Source of the DNA: Chrysemys picta bellii
Taxonomy: Eukaryota
NCBI RefSeq assembly: GCF_011386835.1
Contig: NC_088797.1
Location: 18,414,001-18,478,000 of the forward strand
DNA length: 64,000 nt
Direction: 5' to 3'
The notes beneath the pieces are model-generated. The model was not told the origin of the DNA. It searched no databases and worked only from the letters and a program-made list of their open reading frames with translations. The translations under genes were made by a program, and so were the position numbers. This document shows positions 15,301 through 64,000 of this stretch, piece by piece. The first letter of the stretch is position 1. Every line of letters starts with the position of its first letter.

Positions 15301-18300
15301 TGATGCTTACCCCAGTGGGATATTTGTCTTTAATCCTAATACTTTAATAATACTGTGGCCTTCTCTAGTGTCTTTCCTCTGAGGCTCTCAAAGCATTTCA
15401 GAAATATCAATTAATTGCTCTGAGGAATAAGTTAATGTTTGCAGGGTATTTTGAAGCTGTAAAGTGATACGTATTTCTCAGCACTTCTAGGCATTTCTCC
15501 TTTCACCTCTTGACTGGTGAGACTGTAGCATAAGGTAACACGTGTACACAAACAAGCTTTCACGTAGAGATGAGCCAAGGAAGTTGGGTTTTGCAAAACC
15601 AGGGGTGGCTTGAATCTTGGGTCCATTCTATCCAAAATCCCAGAGTTTGAGTGGAAGGGCATTTGTGTCAAAGGTTCTAGTTTTCAGCCATCTGGCTGGA
15701 GGGGGCCAAGAATGTTAACCAAATTCTGGAAAGGATATTAAATTTAGGGTTTAAGCAAATCTCTATTAATGACCAGGATGAGACCTAATCTGGGGGCAGA
15801 TTATCCCACATCTGCTACTGTGGGCATCTTACTCTTCATGTGAAGCATCTGCTGCTGCCCATTGTCGGAGACAGGATGTTGTACTAAATGGACCCAGTGT
15901 GGCGATTCCCATGCTCCTAAGAATGAAGAATAATTTTCCTACCGCGAGTTCCTTTTTCTTACCTGTTTTTCTCTCCCCAGGTTGTTTCGTCTGATCTCTC
16001 ATTGTATCCAGCCATATATTTTGACATTCAACCAGATCGTCACTGGTTATAAAATTCCCACGTTTTGAAGAAGTAAGGAAGATGATCACATCTTCCAGGT
16101 CATTGTCACTGATAGGGACTTTGGCCTTTAAAAAGAAAAAAATTCAAATGTGATCATAATAAGATTGAAGGCTGCCATAAAGCCCTTGGGACCAGTTCTG
16201 AAGCTGCTGCATGTGCACTACTACCATGGTATTGAAAGATGGTGTAGCCTGCTGGCTGGAGAATCACAGAATCATAGAACTGTAGGGCTGAAGGGATCTC
16301 GAGAAATTATCAAGTCCCACTCCCTGTGCTGTGGCAGGACCTTATAAACCTAGACCATCCCTGACTTTCCAGTGATAGGATTCTACAACCTCTCTTGAAC
16401 CTTATTCCAGATATGAACTATTCTTAAAGTTAGAATTTTTTCTCTAATATCAAACCTGAATCTCCCTTGCTGCAGATTAAGCCCATTACCTCTGGGAATT
16501 AAGACCCATGGATTCTACTCCCAGCTTTCCCACTGAGAGGCTGGGTGGCCTTGGACAAGTCACTTTGCATCTTTGGCCTTCAGTTTCAACATCTGTCAAA
16601 TGAGTATTGTTACTAGACATATTAGAGTAACATCTAATGGCACCAACTGAGATCAAGGCTGTGTTGTGGTAGGCACTGTACACATAAATTGTAAATGACA
16701 GTCCACAGACAAAGGGTGGTAGGAGAAATTGAGGTACAAAGAGGTGAAGTGACTTACTCAAGTCACACAGCAGGCCCGCAAGACAGCCAGGAATAGAACT
16801 TAGGTGTCTGGAGTCCAGTCCAGCACCCTCCCCACTGGACCACATTGCTTCTCCATTCACACACCCCTACCTCACAGCTTGGGTTGTGAGGCTAATTAAT
16901 GGTCTGTAAAGCATCTTGAGCTCCCTCAGACTGAAGGAACCTATATTATCACTGTTATGGAAACCAACAGCAGATCTGCACATAGGGCAGAATCCGAATT
17001 GGCCTGTGAGTTTCTTTTGGACAATGTGGCTGTGGGTTTCGTCCTCAGCTGGGATTCACTCTATCTCTTGGGTCATCTAAATATGCAGCTAAATTCTCTT
17101 TCCCTTCTCCCTACAGATTTTCACAGGTTGTGGAGTAAAATCTCTGAAGATTAATTCCCCATAGATCATTTCTAAAATCAGTGTAACCAGGGGGAGAGGA
17201 GGACCCATTGTTGTGAGATCAGCCTTTCTCGTTGGCTTCAGGGGAGTTACACCGACAGAACTAGGGCAGAATTTCAGCCTTATATTCTTAACCTGTTTTC
17301 TGCATACCCCCTTGATAACTTTAATGAAGTCTGATCTCATGAACTGCTTCTTGTCCTTATCCGCCTTCCTGAATAAATCCACCATCTTGAGCTTTTGTTT
17401 GTGCAGAAGGTTATGCAGGGTGATGAGGGACTGGGGATAGGGAGCGTTGATAATGGGGATGACTCTTCTTCGAGGAGGCAGGTCGTGCTTTGGCAGCAGG
17501 TTCTGGAAGAGATTGAAGAATAATCATGAGATCAGTTTCATCCTAATGAGAAATTCAATCAGGACATAGAAGTGTGAAGAGTGTAAAGTGATGGAGGATC
17601 AGCTGGTATAAATGGGTACAGCTCCATTGACATTAATGGAGTTATACTGATTTACACCAGTAAAAGACCTGGCCCTGGCATGTTCCATACCCCTCAAGAT
17701 GACCTTATTTTGGATTCAGTCTTTCCTCACCCTGACCAGAGGCCATATAATACCCTCTGCCTCCATGGTCAGCGGGAACTGGAGTCCAGGAGGCTTTTCC
17801 TGGAGACCCACAAGATGGAAGTGCTGCCTCTGCAGTACCGTTCCACATTTACCCCTGTCCCCAACACTGCCCAAGTCACTCCATGAGGATTATGCATAGT
17901 GCAGGCAGTGCTGATGGAAGAGGTAGGGACTGGATGGGAGGGCCAGCAATAGACAGTTTTGAACTTCCTGGATGCCCAGAGGTTGTATTGGGGAGGAATT
18001 CAGCAGCACCAACCTGCAGGGTCTTTCACCACAGGGTTTTCACTATAATTGCTGCAAAAGCTGCATTGCCAGGGCCCAGCATCAGGGGAGCAGGGAGTTA
18101 GTACACAGAGGAACTTCAGATGGACCCTGTGCCCTGTCAGCCTGCAGCTTTAAGGGATGGAATGTTCAGCTAATTCCAGGAAAGTGCAGCTGCTGCCCCA
18201 AAAGGTAGAATTTCAGAGAAACTCCTCCAATGCAGCCTGGCTGAATTACCTCTTCCTATGCAGAAGTAACCAGTCTCCAGGGGAACAATCTGAATAGGCT

Positions 18301-19037
18301 GGTTGTATAATTATCTCACTTTCTGTAATTTTACTGATGAGAATCTGCAAGGATACGTGACGGATACTAGCACCCATAGAAAGAGAACTTACCTGACTGC
18401 CCTCCAATCTCCCTCTGTTTAGCTACAGTTGTTAAATTCAAATGATCAGTGTAATAGTGAGGTGTGACTTCCAGGTGCGGCAGTGCAGTAATTCAAAGGG
18501 CAGAGGAATGAGGCATACACTTACTTCAAGATTTCTGGTCGCAGCTAACTGCCTTTCAGCCTTCCTCATTGCTCTGCAGTTTTGTAAGTTTTCCAGGACT
18601 CTATCTTCTTGCTCACTGGTGCAAAGTTTTTGACTTAGCCATTTTTCAACATCCACAAGGCTATCCAGTTGAGACCGGAGCTTTCTCCTTTCCGTTATCC
18701 AAGCTTCCAGCTTTGGTAGATCATCTCCTGCCTCTGAAGGTTCTTCTGGAGTGTGGGGACAGCTTTCTACCTCAGGGGTCACTTGCCAGGCAGCAGCTTC
18801 CTCCTTTTCATCGATGGCAGTGGTCTGAATGGGTTTTGAACCATCAGAAGCTGGTCTTACCATTGGAGGCGCGATAATAATGCGACGTCTGGATTTGGGT
18901 GGCCCAAATTTACTTGGTTTCACTTTAAAGAAAAACTTTGGATACAAATCTCTGAGTTTGTATTGTTTAAAACAGTGCTGTAAGACCAGTTCCGGCTTGA
19001 CGCTGGTAGTGTCTTTGAGCAAATCTTCCCCAGTCAT
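9070..19037 (-). CDS. EFCAB12: EF-hand calcium-binding domain-containing protein 12; join(19037..18525,17502..17308,16125..15963,14028..13799,12504..12291,11720..11555,10309..10214,9316..9070), 607 aa
   Basis: Eight GT-AG exons with matching phases, total 1824 nt. Motifs HCFKQ, RRRII, EHCLPST, VYLQC, ALLYPGDKII, IRQPGG and FWPGHLLDKL match recalled human EFCAB12. Syntenic with MBD4/IFT122. Confidence 0.92.
9542..9910. mobile_element. Non-autonomous hAT DNA transposon, GC-rich
   Basis: TIRs CATGGGCGGCGGGT / ACCGGCCACCCACG; perfect 8-bp TSD accacagt. Confidence 0.85.
10214..10309 (-). CDS. EFCAB12: EFCAB12 internal exon (96 nt)
   Basis: ccctgctag|A ATG CAT...ACA AG|gtctgt; ...WMSFEDYEQLT-R resembles human KMRFKEFEEFTR; phase 2/2. 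Confidence 0.85.
11345..11475 (-). mobile_element. MIR/CORE-like SINE fragment
   Basis: aagtgatttgctcaaggtcacacagc...tctcctgatttccagtcc is the reverse complement of a tRNA-derived MIR head; ends approximate. Confidence 0.65.
11555..11720 (-). CDS. EFCAB12: EFCAB12 internal exon (166 nt)
   Basis: gctgacag|CC CTG CTG TAC; ALLYPGDKIIKEGAYVRKIRQPGGPY...NAKN-G; donor gtttgt. Confidence 0.88.
12291..12504 (-). CDS. EFCAB12: EFCAB12 internal exon (214 nt)
   Basis: ttgcag|GCC [34 protein letters not shown]...PLTEKVLEK; donor gtaaag. Confidence 0.93.
13402..13618. mobile_element. Penelope-like element terminal-repeat fragment in inverted (hairpin) arrangement
   Basis: gtagccgtgttagtctgtatc...ggcaccttaaagactaac is a sauropsid Penelope end motif; 12-bp TSD agatagaaggtg at 13390-13401 and 13619-13630. 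Confidence 0.85.
13799..14028 (-). CDS. EFCAB12: EFCAB12 internal exon (230 nt)
   Basis: ttctacag|CA TGT...GAG AAG|gtactg; ...LLEVPPIHTEPDHRPLTYEEMEEIGKRCRDRKRWEK resembles human RPMTLEEMEEVGKRYRER. Confidence 0.9.
15185..15310 (+). mobile_element. MIR/CORE-like SINE fragment
   Basis: gagttctattcccagctcc...ccttgggcaagtcacttaacctctctgtgcctcagttt; ends approximate. Confidence 0.65.
15963..16125 (-). CDS. EFCAB12: EFCAB12 internal exon (163 nt)
   Basis: tttttaaag|GCC AAA GTC CCT; AKVPISDNDLEDVIIFLTSSKRGNFIT...GERKT; donor gtaag. Confidence 0.92.
16261..16490 (-). mobile_element. CR1 LINE 3' end fragment
   Basis: gaatcacagaatcatagaactgtagggctgaaggga is the reverse-strand CR1 terminal (ATTCTRTG) repeat and 3' UTR. 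Confidence 0.8.
16725..16850 (-). mobile_element. MIR/CORE-like SINE fragment
   Basis: gaggtgaagtgacttactcaagtcacacagcagg...ggaatagaacttaggtgtctggagtccagtcc; ends approximate. Confidence 0.65.
17308..17502 (-). CDS. EFCAB12: EFCAB12 internal exon (195 nt), EF-hand-like region
   Basis: cttccag|AAC CTG...AAG GGG|gtatgc; ...KLKMVDLFRKADKDKKQFMRSDFIKVIKG. Confidence 0.92.
17595..17678. mobile_element. Short palindromic MITE (GGGCCAGATCC-type family, many copies in window)
   Basis: gatcagctggtataaat...agctccattgacattaatggagtt...atttacaccag...ctggccc; similar hairpins near 21350, 25298, 35700, 45150 and 63390. Confidence 0.6.
18525..19037 (-). CDS. EFCAB12: EFCAB12 first coding exon
   Basis: gacaccATG; MTGEDLLKDTTSVKPELVLQHCFKQ...ATRNLE|gtaagt; in-frame TAA 10 nt upstream of the ATG. 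Confidence 0.88.
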
Positions 19038-20029
19038 GGTGTCCCCTTAACTAAAACCAGATAAATTGTTTCAAAATTCAGTGTGTCAAACCCAATGGTG
19101 TTAATTTTGCTTCGAAATATTTGTGGGATCCTTAAAAAAATGACAATGAGCTGAAATCAGATATGACCTTCCAAAGCTAAGATGAAATAATGCATGATAC
19201 AATAAAAAGGAACCTAGATGGACACTACTGTGCAGACAGTGCAGACCTCCTTTATAATAAAATATAAGAAATTAATCGTGACATTTACATTTCACCTTTC
19301 AGAGCACTGGACAGGGACTCAGGAGACGTGGGTTCAATTCCTGGCTCTGCCACTGACTTGCTGGATGACACCTGTAAAATGGGGATAATGATACTGAACT
19401 ACTTGTAAAGCAACTTTGAGATCTATGAATGAAAAGTGCAATGTGAAAGCTTCGTATTATAACTATTTCATCACAAGAGTGGTTGAGGAGGAGTGTCAAT
19501 ATGAAGTTAGAAATGGGCTGGTCTTGTATTATTTGATAGTTTTGGTCCAGTAAAAGACAGTAAAAAACACAATAATTCATCACACAACAGGCTCCTGAAC
19601 TCTGGGATCTCTCTAGTCCTCATTTGTGTTTATTAGTATTCACAAAGTATACGGCATGACATCACAACCCTGCAAGAGGCTCAGATTATCATGCTAATTT
19701 TCTAGTGCTTCATATTGCTTTAGAGCAGGTGTAAGTGGTAGCATCCGTTTTATTTGATATGTATGCACGCGTTTCCTGCAGCCATCAGCAAAACGAAATT
19801 TGCTTCATTTTATAAAATATTTAGCCGCTACCTCAAGAACCAGCCCAGCCAGTTCCGTGTTCCTGATGCCAAGCTGACAACCTCAAGATGATGCTGGTAT
19901 TTTTTAAAACGCTTGACTGGAGAGCAGGCATTACTATGCTGAGGCTGGAGTGAGTGACAGCTGCTAAGGTCCCTGCTGTAGCCATCAGACCCAACGTCTC
20001 AAGCTAAACTGTCTCAGCAGAGTCAAGCC

Positions 20030-20620
20030 AGAGTGGACCGGTTCTTAGCGAGAAGGGGCTGCTAATGGGCGTGGCGCTGGCACCTTTCCTTCCCATGCAG
20101 CTGCAAAACAGCGGAGACTTCCAGGCTGCCAGGCCAGAGTCCTGCCCTACCTGGCGGCTCCCGGAACAGGCTGGCCAAGTCTGCACCCAGCTCTACCGCG
20201 CCGGCCCGTGGGCAGGGAGCGAGGGAAGGCGCCGTTCGCAGGGGGGGCCCACAAGGTAGCTGCGGCTGCCCCCCTCAGGGGCACGGGACGGGAGGCAGGA
20301 GCAGGCACCCGCCCCGGCTTCTCTCACTTGCATTGTCGCTGGTGCAGAGCCTGGGAAGTGTTGCAGTTTGGAGACCATAGCAACGGCCCCGCGTCCTGGC
20401 TCCTGATTGGCCGAGGAGGGATCGGGCTGGATGTTGTGTGGGCGACAAGTCACACACTTGCTGGTCGGCCACGCGTCCATCTCCCCTGCCCCTGAGCTGG
20501 CCGGGAGCAGCCAGTGCCCGGGGCAGGGCACACAGGGACTCCGCTGGCTGGGAACCCTCAGTTTAGCCCCCCCATGGCCATGGTGAAGGGACCCCTGCCT
20601 GTGGCATCCCGATTGCTGTG
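20030..20620 (-). promoter_or_regulatory. EFCAB12 CpG-rich promoter and putative non-coding exon 1 (donor after 20328)
   Basis: CCAAT box (ATTGG 20406-20410 on +), RFX half-site GTTGCTATGG (20384..20375) and donor GCAA|gtgaga; TSS not proven. Confidence 0.55.
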
Positions 20621-22258
20621 AGGCCTCAGGTTCTACACTCCCTGTCTGCATGTAGGTGTTTGTGTCTGTGCCTTGTTTATAATGACCGAGGAGCACATAG
20701 TCAAAGGCTTTTCCCAGCAGAGGGCTTTGGCATTGTATTAATATCTATAATGCATAGCTTCTCCGCCAAGCCCCCATGGCAGCCAAAGAGGAGGGGGCAG
20801 TCCCTGCCGTTGCAAACAGTTGTTTTCACTTCATGCTGTACTCTTCTAGCGCAGGGGAAAAACAAATCTCCAGAACATGTTAATTTAATGACCAAGTCTG
20901 AATGGGTGATTCATTCATTGCCTGGGTGAGGCCTCTCAACTGATGCTAAATCTGCTAACTTTATGGACCAAATACCTACTATAATGTTATTGTATGTATT
21001 GCTGGGCTCTGTTAGTCAGGTTTTTAAGGTCCCCATCTCCAGAACATTTGGGCACCAGAATCCCTTTGAATAGAAAAGTATAAGGTCCCCACATTTTTCA
21101 TATTATATTCTTCTTAAAATATCCCCCACTTAAATAGTAATCCTGCTTTTCTTGACATTGTACCTTCATGTAATATGAAGGTACAAGCACTCAGATATTG
21201 CAAAAACTACTCAATAAAACAATTACCAAGTATGCCACAGATGTGGAAGTCTGGAGAGGTGGTTAAAGCAGGGGACCAGGAGTGAGGAAAAAGAGGATTC
21301 CATTCTGTTGTACATTAAGGAGTCATGCTGTGGCCTTGGGTAAATCATTAAGGGCTTGATTTTCTGATGCGCTGAGCATCTCAACTCCCACTGAAGTCAG
21401 TGGGAGCTGCATGTGCCCAGCACCTTTGAAAGTCAGAACATTAACCTCTCTTCATCTCATTCTTTCCATCTGTAAAATGGGTGAAAATACACACCCAGTT
21501 TGAGATGCATAGATTAAAGCTGCACTGTACGTATAGTTCATTAGGTGCTTCACAGGGTGAAGGCATTATGGATTAGATTCAAATGCAGAGCTTCAACCCG
21601 GTCCTTGCCCCAACCTTTACATGTTGTTTACATGCTTTTGTAATTACAGATGCATCTTTAGGACCTGTTTGACTCCTTTAAATATGGCAAATATGAATTG
21701 AAAAACAAGGATTTTACAGCAGTTCAGGTGTTAAAAAAAAATCTTATTGAAAAATAAGGCTCATTAACCAATATCCCACTAGGTTGGGCCCCACTGAAGT
21801 CTTGTTCTGGACCTGATTTTGTGAAGTGTTTGACTTCAGCGGGAGTTAATTAGTGTTCCGATTTCTGCAGCATCAGGCTCACAGTATGCTAAAAGAAAGG
21901 TGCTACCTGGATGGTAGCAAGAAATGCTGAAAACTAGTCAAGAGAGTTAATCGCTAGTGAGCAGTAAAAACAAAACAATTATCAAAGGAAGAGTAGTTAG
22001 CAGGGCTGTAAGAATGCACAGGTGTCAAAGTCCTGCTCAGCATGAATACAAACCGGTAATAGTCACAAGTCAGCTGCAGGAAGCTCTTTAAAAGTTAGCA
22101 AGTTAGGGTCTGATCTGGCAAACATAACACCAAGCCTAGTGCATACTTCCATGAATAGTCCTGTTACAGTCAATGAGGTTATTCAGTAGTAAAGCAGAAG
22201 TGAACTGATCTAAAATCCATTGGTCTTTCCTTTAACTCCAGTGAACATTGGATTAGAC

Positions 22259-22957
22259 GAGGGGTGGGCAAACTATGGCCCACGGGCCAGAACAAACCCG
22301 CCTGCCATTTTAAGCTGGCCCTCGAGCTCCCGCTGGGGATTGGGGTCTGGTGCTTGCCTTGCTCCGGTGCTCCAGCCAGGGAGCAGGGTCAGGGGCCGCT
22401 CCACGCTGCTCCTAGAAGCAGCAGCATGGCCCTGCTCCTATGTGTAGGGGCAGCCAGGGGGCTCCGCTCTGCATGTTGCCTCTGCCCCAAGCGCCGCCCC
22501 TGCAGCTCCAATTGGCCGGGAGCTGCAGGGGTGGCACCTGCGGATGGGGCAGCACACAGAGCCGCCTGGCCACAGCTCTGCGTAGGAGCTGGAGTGGGGA
22601 CATGGCCGCTGCTTCCGGGAGCCGCTTAGGGTAAGTGCTGCCTGGAGTTTGTACCCCTGAGCCTCTCCCCGCACCCCAACCCCCTTCGATCCCAGCCTGG
22701 AGCACCCTCCTGCACCTCAAACGCCTCATTCCCAACCCCACCCCAAAGTCTGCACCCCCGGCTGTAGCCTGCGTCCCTTCCCACACCGTACTCCCCAGCC
22801 CGGAGCTCCCTCCTGCACTCTGAACTCCTTATTCTGGCCGCACCCTGAGCCCTCATCCCCTCCCGCATCCAACCCCAATTTTGTGAGCATTCATGGCCCA
22901 CCATACAATTTCTATTCCCAGATGTGGCCCTCAGGCCAAAAAGTTTGCTCACCTCTG
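22259..22957. mobile_element. Non-autonomous hAT (Charlie-type) transposon
   Basis: TIRs (G)AGGGGTGGGCAAACT / AGTTTGCTCACCTCTG; perfect 8-bp TSD gattagac. Confidence 0.88.
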
Positions 22958-23504
22958 GATTAGACCCTAAACTAATAGCTTCTACAGGATCAGGCTTGCA
23001 AAGTTAGCAGTGGGAGTTTGAGTTCTAAGGACCTGCCCTCTTCTCTTTTGGGATCATTTGACTTGATTACTCACAAGTAGTCAAACAAAGGGAGTTGGAT
23101 GTTTCCGTCCCATCACTAGATAGAAGGTCAGAAGCAATACTTAAGTGGCAAAAGAAATAATTGATAACACTTGGATGTCTATGGTAAGGTAGCAGGGTAT
23201 TAGTTAGTTAGGTGAAAGTATGATATCACTTTAGTTTTTGCAGCACTGAGGAATGGCCAACTATTAAAATAACTTATTTAAAATTTATTTTAAAATATCA
23301 ATGTTTATCAGCTTTTAATTACAATGATTATGTGAGTTTGAAAACATGTTAAACACAATCAAATATTGGAATTAAGCACTCAATGATCAGAACTACAAAT
23401 GTGTAAAGAGAATATAGGATGTTTCCATTTCATGTGTACCTATAGCCAAGAGCAAGGTGGTAAGTACCAAAAAGTGAAGCTATATAAAAACATATCTGCA
23501 TTTT

Positions 23505-31879
<8,375 letters not shown>

Positions 31880-32424
31880 ACTGAAGCACCTCCCATGTCA
31901 CGTGAGGGTGTACGCCATTCCTGCCCGCACTGCGCATGCGCTTACGCATACCTAGCACACACCCCCAGAGCTTCTCGCCAATATACGATCCCGCCAAGGG
32001 CGCGCAGAGGTTCTCCCGCAAGAACAGCCCCGACACAGAACAGTCCGCCTCTTGCGCATGCGTATTCCAAGCACAGTCCCGCAGAGAGCTTCACGCTTGC
32101 GCAGTACTTTTCCCCCTTGCGCAAGCGCAGTGCCCATGGGAGCGTTTGTGGCGCATGCGCAATCCTGATTCAACGTTTGAGTTTCTATCCTTTCCCTTTC
32201 CGCCTCCTCGCGTCGTGCCGGTTGATTCCAGGCAAAGGGCTTTGGGGTTAGTGCGCATGCGCGTTGCCTGGGGAGGTTGGGGGAGCTTTAATCTTGTGTA
32301 AATAAACAAACAGCAGCCAGGGAAGGGGGAAAGTCAGGGCAGCGCCAGCGGTGCCGCGAGACAGCAGAGGGGGCTGAGAGAGGCAGGCAGTAACACGGGC
32401 ACACGCAGGCGGGGCGGGGCAAAG

Positions 32425-32800
32425 CAGGGCAGGCGGTGAGGGGAAGAAGCGGTAGTTAGGGGTAGATGGGACAGGGCAGGCGGTGAGGGAGGGGGTGTTA
32501 GGGGCAGGGCAGGCGGTGGGGGAGGAGGTGCTGGGGGAGAGGGTGGTGGGGAAGAGGGCAGGGCAGGCGGGGAGGGAAGGGGTGCTGGGGAAGGGGGCAG
32601 GGCAGGCGGGGAGGGAGGGGGTGCTGGGGCAGGCGGGGAGGGAAGGGGTGCTGGGGAGAGGGGGCAGGGCAGGCGGGGAGGGAAGGGGTGCTGGGGAAGG
32701 GGGCAGGGCAGGCGGGGAGGGAAGGGGTGCTGGGGCAGGCGGGGAGGGAGGGGGTGCTGGGGAGAGGGGGCAGGGCAGGCGGGGAGGGAGGGAGTGTTAG
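32425..32800 (+). repeat. G-rich minisatellite, about 10 imperfect copies of CAGGCGGGGAGGGAAGGGGTGCTGGGG with variable spacers
   Basis: Direct inspection; units of about 28-39 nt. Confidence 0.9.
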
Positions 32801-32814
32801 TAGGAGAGGGAGGG

Positions 32815-64000
<31,186 letters not shown>

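Overview
Vertebrate nuclear DNA, very likely a turtle: it carries a tortoise-type tRNA/CR1-tailed SINE, Penelope terminal repeats, many hAT and Harbinger MITEs and MIR-like SINEs. Four intron-containing genes were rebuilt by hand, and all exon phases close. RPL32 (minus strand, complete, 135 aa) has a 5'TOP leader and hosts the H/ACA snoRNA SNORA7 in intron 1. EFCAB12 (minus strand, 8 coding exons, 607 aa) and MBD4 (minus strand, 8 exons, 576 aa, with intact MBD and HhH glycosylase domains) are complete. IFT122 (plus strand) contributes exons 1-19 and part of exon 20, runs off the window, and shares a bidirectional CpG-island promoter with MBD4. Gene and repeat-family names come from recalled homologues, not from a database search. 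Most short ORFs in the supplied track are spurious. I see no convincing wholly new biological system. The best leads are RNA-processing and regulatory oddities: a 5' splice site regenerated at the MBD4 exon 5/6 junction, a possible MITE-supplied intronic poly(A) site giving an MBD-only MBD4, a G-rich minisatellite directly before the IFT122 ATG, an RFX X-box beside the MBD4 exon 1 donor, a Penelope hairpin with a decayed hammerhead, and a foldback hAT element built from two transposase 3' ends.
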